A DNA stretch of 64,000 nt from Mayamaea pseudoterrestris (taxonomy: Eukaryota), in contig BROI01000006.1 in the NCBI GenBank assembly GCA_027923505.1, positions 496,001 to 560,000 of the forward strand, given 5' to 3'. How positions within the stretch are numbered: position 1 is the first letter of the stretch; every line of letters starts with the position of its first letter. A program made the position numbers and the translations under genes. The notes under the pieces are model-generated. The model was not told the origin of the DNA, ran no database searches, and worked only from the letters and a program-made list of their open reading frames with translations. Shown here in pieces: positions 35,406-45,564 of this stretch.

Positions 35406-37707
35406 ATGAGCAGTTCCGCATGCAAAACGCGAGCTCGAAAAATTCGCGACGATGAATTCCTTGCCGCTCTTGCTGCTGCTAATGACTCTGACAAGAAGCC
35501 TGCTGCCGCAGCCGCATTTGGTGATAGTCCGCAGCAAAATATCGCGGCTCTGGGATTATCATCGCGTGCAAAGCGGGCTCGCCGAAATCTCGATGGCGAC
35601 AAGAAACTTCTTGCCTTTCTAGCGTCTGGCGACGCTGACAAGAAGCCTTCCGCTGTTTCTGTACTTGACTTGACAAGCAGCGATCTAATGGATGACTCGA
35701 AAATGCCAGCAGCTGCCGCTTGGGCTGTTTCAAACGACGAAAATGACGACGACGAAATTGTCTACCTTGGAACAAGCAATCTAAAGGCGTTTGGAAATGC
35801 GCAACGAGCAACTCGGTCTAGCAGCTTGATGCAGCGCCGCAAGACACGAGCGTCCGCGCCCTTTCAATCATGCGACGCGGACTTGAAGCTTGCTTTGGAA
35901 ATGCAGGACGATGAGCTAGACAGCATGCAGGCAGACGCCGACCGACTCTTCGCAGAGTCATTGCTCAAGGATCTTTATAATGAATCCAAGGAGCAGGAGG
36001 AAAAGGCAATGATGTCAACGGAGCAAGGACGGGCAGTCAAATTTGTGCAAGCTGTTCTTAAGTTGCACGCACGAAGAATTGAAAAAGCTTGATCAGCAAC
36101 CGCCGGTACTTTCTGGCCATGAGAATATCGCGACGGTCGCAATCGATGATTTAGTTTACCTGGCCGAGCGGCTCATTGTCAAGCAAAACGAATTCAAGGC
36201 GACGAATGTTTGCAGCAACATTTGCATCGGTTTCCACTACACAAAGCCGGAAAATATGAAACACATTCGAACCAACGGACTTTTAACTAGAATGGAACGT
36301 TCCGACAAGAAAATCAAAGCGAAGTTTAACGGATCTGCGTACGGAGTCGGTGTTTACACTGCAAGCAACCCGATTGCGTACCGCGGTGCAAAGCAATATG
36401 GTCCCATTTGCCTCATTGTTGCTCGTTTGAAAGGAGAGGTTTCTAAAGATATTTTTTCGCCGACACTTACTTACGAAAATGGACCCCTTGTCGTACTTCG
36501 ATCTTCCCACCAATGCCTGCCTTTGATTCAGTTTACGATTACGCCTGGTAATCTGACTGAGCAGTATCATGTGCGGCTCCAAGCTTTGATCGACTCGATT
36601 TTCAACGGCGGGCAAGCAACGCCAATTCAATCAGCGTTGGCGGCTCACATGGCAGCCAGCGGGGGACCAATGGGAGCGGCTTTCATGGGGGCAGCTACTG
36701 CGAAACCGACCGCTCCCGTGACAGCGGCAGGCGGCGGGCAAGCAGCGCCAATTCAACCAGCGTTGACGGCTCACATGGCGGCCCGTGGAGGATCATGGGG
36801 AGCGGCTTTCATGGGGGCAGCTACTGTGAAATTGACCGCTACCGTGACAGCGGCAGTTTCAGCTGCGTTAGCGACTGCACCGAACATGACCAGTGGCGCG
36901 CAGTTGCCCCAACAAGCGCCCTTGGCGCCTGGGTCGTCCAACGTTGGCTTGAATTTGGTACCTCCAGTGACAAGCGTCGCCTCTGCTGCGGGCAACAAGA
37001 CTATTACTTACGTTGCTCCGTCTGTTTTTGGTCAAGCGGCTCGAAAGAATATTTTGACTGTCCGAGTAAGTCCCGTGCTTCCCTCGGGCAATTGTGTCAT
37101 TTGCCTAAATACCTTGGGTCATTCAAAGCTGGGACGCTTGCGGTTGTGCGGACATGACTTCCATTATGATTGCATCACCACTGGAGTTTTGCACTTGAGC
37201 CGCTGTCCGATGTGCAACATTAAGATTGGCGATGAGCCTCAGGGAATGATGCCCTCGGGAACAATGAGCATTAGCACACGCCCATCGATGACCTGCGGAG
37301 GGTGGACGCCAGGAACGATTGAAATTCATTACAGGATCTCGGGCGGCACACAGATGGCCTACCACGCGTGAGTATTAGGCCTTGCGTGTTGTTGTGTAGT
37401 ATGTTTGCAATTTGTATCTGACGAACTGCATTTACAGCAATCCTGGAATTCCATTCGCTGGTATATCTCGTACAGCATTGAAGGCCGACTTCTTCTCAAG
37501 AGACTTGAGTACGCGTTCTCGCACGGGCTGACCTTTACGGTCGGAACGTCGCTTACTACACGGGCACATAACTGTGTGACTTGGGCCTCGATTCATCACA
37601 AAACGTCTCCTAATGGCGGTGTCCACGGCTTTCCAGATGCAAACTACTTTGTCAACTGCAACCAAGAGCTCGATGCAGCCGGTGTTCCGCCTGCTACATT
37701 GTTGTAA
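35406..37707 (+). pseudogene. PARP-like ART domain + RING-H2 + Deltex C-terminal domain fusion (Deltex-like E3 ligase) with two apparent frameshifts; intron 37368-37437
   Basis: ART-like GFHYT..N...I...GL...GSAYGVGVYTA..VVL...QCLP; RING CVIC...CGHDFHYDC...CPMC; DTC PQGMMPSGTM...GTIEIHY...YH|ANPG..AFSHGLTFTVGTSLTT....VTWASIHHKT...HGFPD.NY....ELDA.GV. Frame breaks fall at about 36065-36072 and about 37472-37478. Could alternatively be an assembly error in an intact gene. Confidence 0.7.
36607..36855 (+). repeat. In-frame tandem duplication, 2 x 126 bp (42 aa), in the ART-RING linker
   Basis: GGQATPIQSALAAHMAASGGPMGAAFMGAATAKPTAPVTAA versus GGQAAPIQPALTAHMAARGGSWGAAFMGAATVKLTATVTAA; units start at 36607 and 36733. 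Confidence 0.9.
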
Positions 37708-37905
37708 GCCGCCGTCTACTCGTCCCTAGGATATCAATGCACCGTAGAAGTAGACTGATCGTATAACACAATATTGCAAGTAACACAGAAAACATTGAAG
37801 ATAATACTGACAAGCACAAATAATGATACTGGGCCGCTATCATTAATTGAAACAACACGACACTGCGGCGACAGCAAGATATTGAACATTTCAGCTCGCC
37901 GCCGC

Positions 37906-39445
37906 TCATTCCACCAATAGGTTCTTAAAGTCAGCTCCCAGAGACGTAAACTTGTTGGTAGCAATGACAGTTTTGACTGCAGCCTTGAACTTTCGCTTGG
38001 CATTGAACTTTTTGAATTGGTCAAGGTTGACTCCAAGATCATGACTGGCCAGGGACGCGTCATCGCGTCTGATCCAAGTGTGAGCAAGTGCGCTATCGGC
38101 TGTTAAACGTTTCGCCGGATCCACTGTCAACAATGAGCTGATAAGGTCCTTGGCATCCTTCGAAACCTGTCCCCAATACTCCTCGTGAAACTCGTACTGT
38201 CCCTTTCGAATTTTACGAAACAACTCTCGCTGGTTCTGCTCAATGAACGGAGGGTATCCACCTAAAAGAATGTAGACAATGACCCCAAGACTCCACATAT
38301 CAGCCTGCGTGTCGTATAGTTGCCCCTCGAGAATTTCTGTAGCATTGATAAGTTGTCGTGAGCCTGGCCACAGATCTGAACCGAACGCTCACTCATCCCC
38401 CAATCCCTCTTCCTTCGACTCACCTGGACTGACGTAGCCTGGTGTTCCACATTGTGTCTTCAATGATCGTGGCTTTGTGCAACGTTTCGCAAAACCAAAG
38501 TCCGCAAGCTTGACCATGGAGTCGCTCGAGTCAGACTGCAGGAAAAACGAGAAGAACGACGTGAGACAATGGCTCCCGTCCTCTTCTTTGTATCCAGCAC
38601 TTCACTTGAGCTTTGCATCGGTCCAAATAAAGACGAATGATCAATTTTCAACGTACCAATAGCAAAAGGTTTTCTGCAAGGAAGGAGGAACGTTTTAGTA
38701 TCATTGCTGCAAGTTCCGCAAAACGCACACACGCGGCAAAAGTCCCCATGTATACATACCTGGTTTCAAATCGCGATGCGCCACCTGCTTCGCGTGGCAG
38801 TAGGCTATTGCCTTGAACAAAATGACGCATGTATCGCGCGCCTCCTTTTCGTTGTAGTAAGACTTTTTCACAATGCGATCAAAGAGCTCTCCTCCCATCA
38901 TTTTTTCCGTCACTAGGTAGTAAAAGTCCTTTTCGTCAAAGACATCGTAGAGGTGTATAATGTTTGGATGCTGCAGCTCCTGAAGGATTTCAATCTCATC
39001 CTTAAGCGCTACTTCGTCCTCGTGCGTCAATTTTGTCTTGGTGACAATCTTGATGGCGTACGATTCGCCCGACTTTTTGTTGGATCCTTCCTTGACGACT
39101 GAAAATGCACCAGTGCCGAGCTGAGTCGCAATCGATTGAATAGATTTCATGTAAGGCATATTCGTAATGCATAAACTATATTTAAAGGATTACGAAAAAC
39201 GTCGTGTCTCTTCTTACCTCCTTTCCAATCTTGTAGACATCGGCTACCTTTTTCCCGACATTCGGCCCAATCGCCACTGACGCCCTCTGTATCGTCGGCT
39301 TTTTGTTCTTCGTCGACCGGCAGAAAAGAAATGTGTTAGCTTGAATCGTCAATAGCACTGTTCCAGCAACAAAAGACTACAACTGCTCACGCACCGGCGA
39401 CGACGAGGATGGAGGTACAGCTGGAGTGGATGGCCCGCAGCCCAT
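37906..39445 (-). CDS. Ca2+/calmodulin-dependent protein kinase-like (CAMK1-type) with possible N-myristoylation; about 6 exons including a 17-nt microexon (38673-38657)
   Basis: MGCGPS N-terminus; LGTGAFSVV, YAIKIV, HRDLKP|ENLLL, DFG, CGTPGYVSPE and DMWSLGV. C-terminal FKKFNAKRKFKAAV is a CaM-binding/autoinhibitory-like segment. Exons about 39445-39395, 39307-39218, 39120-38760, 38673-38657, 38535-38424, 38336-37906 (first intron boundaries less certain). Confidence 0.9.
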
Positions 39446-39968
39446 GATATGAAATTATTGGTGGCAGTTGCAGAAAAAGGAAGGTTGGTTGAAGCTTTAT
39501 AAAGCAGATTTCGCAAGAGTAGCAGGATCGATTAAAGTGCAAACTTTTTGCAGTATCAGCAACGCTGCGATATATAATGCAAATTTGAAATTCGAGTCGA
39601 CCCCAATCGGAAGAAGCGCAAGGTTGGTGGCAGTGTGATGCGGTGCGGATCTTTTCGAAAAAGCCACCAGGCGCGGCGATAGCTCGCTGACAAGTGCCGG
39701 AGCGACGTGCGTCGGAGTATCAGTGACGAACGCGGGGCATATGAAAATGATGACTCATTTAGTCATGGTCGTTGATCGATGCGAACTTTCATCGACGTTA
39801 GTCGTGTGCCCAGAGAAATTTCGGTGGACATCGTAGCTGGCGGCATCGAAGGAGGATGATACCGGTAAGGCTGGACGTTGCTGAAGCATCTCACATTACG
39901 CACTGCAACAATAACCGAGGTGTCTGCGAGACAAGTTGTTTCAATTCGAGCTACGTGGACTATAAGAC

Positions 39969-42900
39969 ATGGCGCCGTTGACGCAAGAAACAATACTCGC
40001 AGCCATGAAGCATCTTCCGTTCGAAACGACGCGCGCCGCTCGATCCGCCGTTGCCAGAAACGTTTCCTTGCTGCAGCAGCAGCGCCTTCCTAAAGACGTT
40101 TGGGATGCGGCCATGCGGCTGGCTGCCTACTGGAGCAAGAGGTGTGAGCTGTTTGGAGAGAAGTATGCGTATGGATCACTGGAAGACTATTTTGCGTCGC
40201 CGGATGATACGACGACAGAGTCGTCGTCGTCATCAATACTTGAACAGGAGCGACTAGAGACGATACAAGTCTACCAAACTGGTTTCATATCGAGTTTGCC
40301 ATCTGATAATGCGGGACGACCTGTTGTTTGGTTTGACTACTCGAGAATAGAAACTCAGTTGGGCAAAGAAAACGCCTGGATTGTTCTACAGAATCATATA
40401 CTGCGCTGCATGTTTTATTGGTGCCATTCTAACCCGCACTGGCGTGACATTGTCGCAATTGCCTTGATTTACGCAAATGATACTCATTGGGAACGATCCC
40501 AGCAGCAGCCTGCCTTGGATATGCTCCAGCAATGCTTTTGTCTTAAGTTTCATGCCATTCATGTTTGCGTATTGACGAGTCCATCCACTCGAAGTTCCGT
40601 AATCCCTGCGTTTATGCAAGGCTTTCGCCCCGTCAGTCAACTGCCATTGCACTTGCAATTTAACGATAAAGAAGGAATACGGAAGGAGTTACAGGTGAAA
40701 GGTCTCTCACTTCAGTCCATACCAGAGTCTATTGGTGGGCTTTGGGAGTACAGCAAATTTACAAAGTCATTTACGAGGAGCAAACGTACTCGCGCATCAA
40801 GTCAAGAAAATGGCGATCAGAAACCTGTAGCATTCTCAGGTTTGAATGCGCCAATGCCAACTTCCTTGACGAGAGAAGCAATTATCCAGCCGGTATTGCC
40901 ACTATCGGCGTCGCACTCAGCCTTCCCCAACAACCAACACACTGCTTCCATTAACCCAGCTTCACTCATGCTTGACGATGGACAGTTTCTAGAAACGTCC
41001 ATGATGCAGCAAGAAGGCATGCGACAATTAGACGAGGCCATGGACATGCTTCCACCCGAAGACAAGGCAGCTTACCAGGCAGCCGTGCGACAGGTGCCAT
41101 ATCTAGTCATGCAGGAGTCAAACCCTGTTCGTTTTCTTCGCTTCGAAAAGTACAATGCATGGGCTGCTGCCCGGCACTTGGCAGCATACTGGACGAAACG
41201 GGTACAGATCTTTGGCGAGCGAGCATTTCTTCCTCTCATTTTAAGTAGTGCCGGTGCACTTCACCAGGAAGACATTGATCAAATCAAGTCGGGTTACTTC
41301 ACGTTTTTGCCTGTTGATTTGCTTGGAAGGACTGTCGTTTGCTATGATCCTGTGCGGCGACAAAACAATACGCTGATTTCTCGAATGCGCGCTAGTTTCT
41401 ATATCTGGTCCATTATTTGCGAGAATGACTTGTCGACTACGAATGGATTCGTCGCGCTGGTCATGCTCGGCCGTGGAACGTTTAATCCACTGGATACGAC
41501 AATTAAAGAGTGTGTCGACATGGTAGTGGATACGTTTCCCACATTTCCACAAAGCTTTCACATTGTAAACTCTCCAACAGGCCTCGGTCAGCGGATATTC
41601 TTTGATTTGCTTCTCCCGCTGGCTGTAAGGTTCATGGGACGACTGATTAATGAGCGCACAGCCATTCATGTGGGCGAGCCGGCGGAGTTGGTTGTAAAAC
41701 TTTGTCGAAACGGGCTTACTCGGCAAAGTATGCCAGACTGTATCGGAGGTTCCTGGACGTTTGATCAACACCGTCAGTGGATTCGTGATCGCATGGAGAT
41801 CGAGTATATGCGATTTCGGACATATATACCGATGCGGAATTATGCACTCAGTCGCACAGCTCTGGTTCCCGATGTTGCCGCTCAATCGGCTTCGTTGGCG
41901 CTGATGCCGTCGATCGAGCATGCAGACGTTACCGACAAAGCAATCATTCAGCAGCACGGCGATGCTTTGCGTCGGACGATTGACTCTGTGCCGACTAATA
42001 CAAAGTCTGCTTACACAAGTGCGATTCAGCAAGCACCAGAGGTTGTGGACAAGGAGTCAAACGTTGTACCTTTTCTTCGACATGCACGATTTGACGTTAA
42101 AGCGGCAACATCCTTGCTACTCAAATATTGGCAGTCGCGTACTGATATTTTTGGCAGCCGCGCATCTCTTCCACTTCAACAGACTGGAGAAGGGGCTCTA
42201 GAGCGCAGAGATATTGCAGTTATCAGCTCTGCATACCTCATTTGCTTACCTGAGGATTCCTCTGGCAGATCGGTCATGTTTTGTGACGGCTCTCGGTTGT
42301 CCAAGAGTTCAAGAGAATCTCGTTTGCGCACGAGTTTTTACATGTTCTCAATTGCCGCGGAAAACGTCAAGTCTCAAACAGATGGAATTGTCTTGCTGTA
42401 CGTGCTTACGGAAGCTAGTTTTGATCGAGCCAACAAGGAATGTCTTCAGCTAGTAGTAGACTCGTTGCCGCTGTCCATTTTTGACGTGCATTTGCTCCAG
42501 CACAATGACAGCAAAGAAAATGCAAGCTCAGCTCATACAATTGATCAGAATTTGTTGAGCTATCTAAATGATGTATCGAGCAATCGAGTTTATCATCACA
42601 GCGCGCCAACCAAGGGAGGACTCGCGCAATGTCTATCTCAACATGGTCTTTCGCCTGCTGGTCTTCCCAAGACGATTGGCGGCAAGTATGGTTTTGACAA
42701 CTTTGTCCAATGGCAAGAGCTACGTACTCGTTATGAATGGGAGCTTCCTGCTGGCATTAGCAACACGGAAGAGGAGACATCATTTTTTAACTTTAGCCGA
42801 GTGAAGCGACTGACTGACCTTTCGGCAGAGGAAAAGAATGAAAGGAAACGAAAGCTTAATGTAATCCATTCGCGACGGAAGCGAGAGCGAGAAAGAATTG

Positions 42901-43016
42901 AAGTGGAAGTATTAGAGGAGCGGTCTATTGAGCTGGCGGAGGAAAAGTCGGTCCTTGCGTTCGAGGAGAAGCGTCTCAGAGATCTCCTCCGCGAAGCTCA
43001 ATCCTGTCTCCCTTGA
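39969..43016 (+). CDS. Protein with three CRAL-TRIO/SEC14-like repeats and a C-terminal bZIP domain
   Basis: Three repeats each contain AA..L..YW..R..(L/I)FG, LP.D..GR.V..D and GL....P..IGG.W/Y. The C-terminus has NVIHSRRKR-x9-L-x6-L-x6-L-x6-L. Confidence 0.8.
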   Translation: MAPLTQETILAAMKHLPFETTRAARSAVARNVSLLQQQRLPKDVWDAAMRLAAYWSKRCELFGEKYAYGSLEDYFASPDDTTTESSSSSILEQERLETIQVYQTGFISSLPSDNAGRPVVWFDYSRIETQLGKENAWIVLQNHILRCMFYWCHSNPHWRDIVAIALIYANDTHWERSQQQPALDMLQQCFCLKFHAIHVCVLTSPSTRSSVIPAFMQGFRPVSQLPLHLQFNDKEGIRKELQVKGLSLQSIPESIGGLWEYSKFTKSFTRSKRTRASSQENGDQKPVAFSGLNAPMPTSLTREAIIQPVLPLSASHSAFPNNQHTASINPASLMLDDGQFLETSMMQQEGMRQLDEAMDMLPPEDKAAYQAAVRQVPYLVMQESNPVRFLRFEKYNAWAAARHLAAYWTKRVQIFGERAFLPLILSSAGALHQEDIDQIKSGYFTFLPVDLLGRTVVCYDPVRRQNNTLISRMRASFYIWSIICENDLSTTNGFVALVMLGRGTFNPLDTTIKECVDMVVDTFPTFPQSFHIVNSPTGLGQRIFFDLLLPLAVRFMGRLINERTAIHVGEPAELVVKLCRNGLTRQSMPDCIGGSWTFDQHRQWIRDRMEIEYMRFRTYIPMRNYALSRTALVPDVAAQSASLALMPSIEHADVTDKAIIQQHGDALRRTIDSVPTNTKSAYTSAIQQAPEVVDKESNVVPFLRHARFDVKAATSLLLKYWQSRTDIFGSRASLPLQQTGEGALERRDIAVISSAYLICLPEDSSGRSVMFCDGSRLSKSSRESRLRTSFYMFSIAAENVKSQTDGIVLLYVLTEASFDRANKECLQLVVDSLPLSIFDVHLLQHNDSKENASSAHTIDQNLLSYLNDVSSNRVYHHSAPTKGGLAQCLSQHGLSPAGLPKTIGGKYGFDNFVQWQELRTRYEWELPAGISNTEEETSFFNFSRVKRLTDLSAEEKNERKRKLNVIHSRRKRERERIEVEVLEERSIELAEEKSVLAFEEKRLRDLLREAQSCLP

Positions 43017-43290
43017 TACAGATTTAACAGTTGATGCATTCATAAGTAAGTCATTTTGGCGGTAGGGCTCGGAATACTGGTGCTGGTTGCAAGCAACACT
43101 TCATTGACTGATTGACTATGAGTGCAATCGCTGTCGCGCAACTACTCCAACGTAAGAAATACACATCAAAGCTAAAACCAAGAGCTTTAAAACTTAAAAT
43201 TAGCATTTCGCTGTTTTATAAAATATGATTAATGCATGAAGTGCTTCTTTCGTTCAAGCATATAATTGCGCCATGGGCCGCAGCTTTTGT

Positions 43291-43740
43291 TCACACCGAA
43301 AGGTCCTCTAAAACGTGCAATTCCGCCAATACATCGTTGATCATTCTGGCTGTACTTCTATCCTCTGTCGCTGGCAAATCTGGACATCTGGAAGGCAGCT
43401 TCATGGCAAAGTCAACGATGGATTTCGTTGTTGAAAACCCTCGTAGTGACATGGGTGGAGAGCTCGGCGGCTCCGATTCCTTGCAAGCTGGCTCCCAGCG
43501 ACACGCCGGATAAGTCTTTTCACGCTTTATAGTACGCCTCCTGCCTCCATGAACCATTTTCGTCAATCCATCGCTTGAGTTCCAGCGTTTTGGTTTCCGG
43601 AGTGGTGAACGCAGCTGCTTTTTCCGCGTTTCCGACTCTAGAGGCGATGGCGCATTGTCTGAAACAATGACAATGTCCTTGACAGAAACGCAATATTCCT
43701 GAGCCAGTCGCTGCATATACACACCCGACATTGCTTCCAT
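43291..43740 (-). CDS. Small hypothetical protein (149 aa)
   Basis: ATG-initiated ORF convergent with the upstream gene; basic/Ser/Pro-rich with 'IVIVSDNA' and RW motifs. No known domain recognised. Confidence 0.5.
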   Translation of the reverse strand: MEAMSGVYMQRLAQEYCVSVKDIVIVSDNAPSPLESETRKKQLRSPLRKPKRWNSSDGLTKMVHGGRRRTIKREKTYPACRWEPACKESEPPSSPPMSLRGFSTTKSIVDFAMKLPSRCPDLPATEDRSTARMINDVLAELHVLEDLSV

Positions 43741-44628
43741 GCCGCCCTATAAGTGAATGGAATCGAAAAGCAAGCGACGCAACGTTGCGAGTTTGTGCAT
43801 CAGCCGCTTTACTGGTTGTGCAACGAATTCACGAGTAGAATCCTCGCGAAGGCATCTTGTTTGTAACTATTGCCCCGGCGAATTTTGTTGACGGTGCGAC
43901 GCAACCTATGGGTTGACAGTGAAGGAAGGTTGCGTACCATTGCAGGCTTTACTTCGAGGTATAGGCTGCCGATGTTGAAATTGAAAGATTGTAAGGCATT
44001 ATTGACCTACCTGTTGCGACTTATTAATGACACCACTTCATATAAAGCATGCAAGAACATTATATTTCTAGAATGGGTCTACACGCCATCAGACTTTTGT
44101 CATTCCGTTGACGAAGCTAAATCTGGATCGTACCTACCGTATTAGTATAAACCATCAAATTTGAATGAGCTGTTTACGTTAAGTAATGCCAAATTATGTT
44201 TCGACGGCATGGGCATAGGAGACGACAGATGCCTCAGACCTCGATGACTTTCGTACTCGTACGTTGTGCGTCAACAGAGCAGGAGCGCGCATTTGCTTCA
44301 TCAATCTAAAGTATGTATACGGAGAGCTACTGAACGATGCATAAATCGGAACAATTGATTACTAAAGTAGTGGGGGTGCTTAGGTAAATAACGACACTCA
44401 CTTTCAAGCCGAAAACCTCGTCCTGCGCCCAACAATCCTTCTTCATCGAAATAGTTTAATGTATATAGAGTCATCATACTCCCCTTCCTTTCCGTCTGTG
44501 CCTGCGCCAATAGACTTCTTTCCCAACAATATGACTCTTGATTCTTCCTCGCTTCACTCCGTACCCTTCACCCCGTCATCTTCACCCAAACGATACCACC
44601 ACATCGGCTTCTCCATACCGCCGCCAAT

Positions 44629-45564
44629 TTAGTAACGCCCAGCTTCTTCACCGGCAACGTATGGACGCTCCGCTCCAGCAGCCTGGCTCCAGTCCCAGTC
44701 CAAGCTGTTGTTATTGTTCGTGTATCCCTGCGAGCGGAACAAGTCACGAAACATGCCGCGCAAGTAAGCAATGTTCGGCTTGGCTTCAAACTTAAGCGAG
44801 CGGCAGTAAGCCAAGTATTCGGCAAACTGCGACGGGCAGCCCTGGCAGAGCGCCGGAATGGTAATGCTCTGCTTCTTCTCCATAATCAGCTTGTACTTTT
44901 TTGTCGCCGACTTGGCCTTGAGCCCTTGCCAGGGGAGTCCACCCTTGAGAAAGTAGACCAAAACGTAACCAATCGACTCGAGGTCATCGCGACGACTCTG
45001 CTCGACTCCAAGATGGTTATTAATCGACGCATAACGCGGCGTTCCCGTGAGCGAGCGGCCCTCGCGCTGGGGAATGTGCTGCAGCGTCCGAGGGTGGCGG
45101 TAGCGCTTGGAGAGACCAAAGTCAATGCAAAAGATAATATTGCCATTGCCCTGACCAGCATCCGTGACAAAGTTCGCTGGCTTAATGTCACGATGAATCA
45201 AATGACGCGAGTGCATGAGCTCAACGCGCTCAAGCATTTGATCCGCCACCATGAGGACCGACTTGAGCGAAAAGCGCCGGCCGCACTTGTTGAAATGGTC
45301 CTCGAGCGACGGTCCGAGCAAATCCATCACCATGAGGTTGTACGAGTCCTGCGTTCCAAAGTAGTGAACCTTGGCAAAGCCGGGAGCGTTCTGGAGTTCA
45401 CGGTAGACCTTGTACTCGTGACGGAGCTGGGGACAACGAGCTCCATGCTTCTCAAACTTTACGGCAACCTTTTCGCCGTTCGCTCCGACGCCGAGATAAA
45501 TATCTCCAAACGATCCTCCACCCAGGCGCTTGGTAATGCGGTACTTGGAGATACTAGACTGCAT
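44629..45564 (-). CDS. CK1: Casein kinase 1
   Basis: LGGGSFGDIYLG, VAVKFE, QLRHE, LLGPSLEDHF, HRDIKPANF, IDFGLSK, LTGTPRYASINNHLGVEQSRRDDLES, LPWQGLK. Confidence 0.97.
   Translation of the reverse strand: MQSSISKYRITKRLGGGSFGDIYLGVGANGEKVAVKFEKHGARCPQLRHEYKVYRELQNAPGFAKVHYFGTQDSYNLMVMDLLGPSLEDHFNKCGRRFSLKSVLMVADQMLERVELMHSRHLIHRDIKPANFVTDAGQGNGNIIFCIDFGLSKRYRHPRTLQHIPQREGRSLTGTPRYASINNHLGVEQSRRDDLESIGYVLVYFLKGGLPWQGLKAKSATKKYKLIMEKKQSITIPALCQGCPSQFAEYLAYCRSLKFEAKPNIAYLRGMFRDLFRSQGYTNNNNSLDWDWSQAAGAERPYVAGEEAGRY

Noticed and set aside
43745..44625. Long intergenic gap with short ORFs 43870-44145 and 44301-44510
   Set aside because: Non-ATG starts, no motifs, and no recognisable RNA gene or terminal repeats; likely CK1 3' UTR plus promoter.
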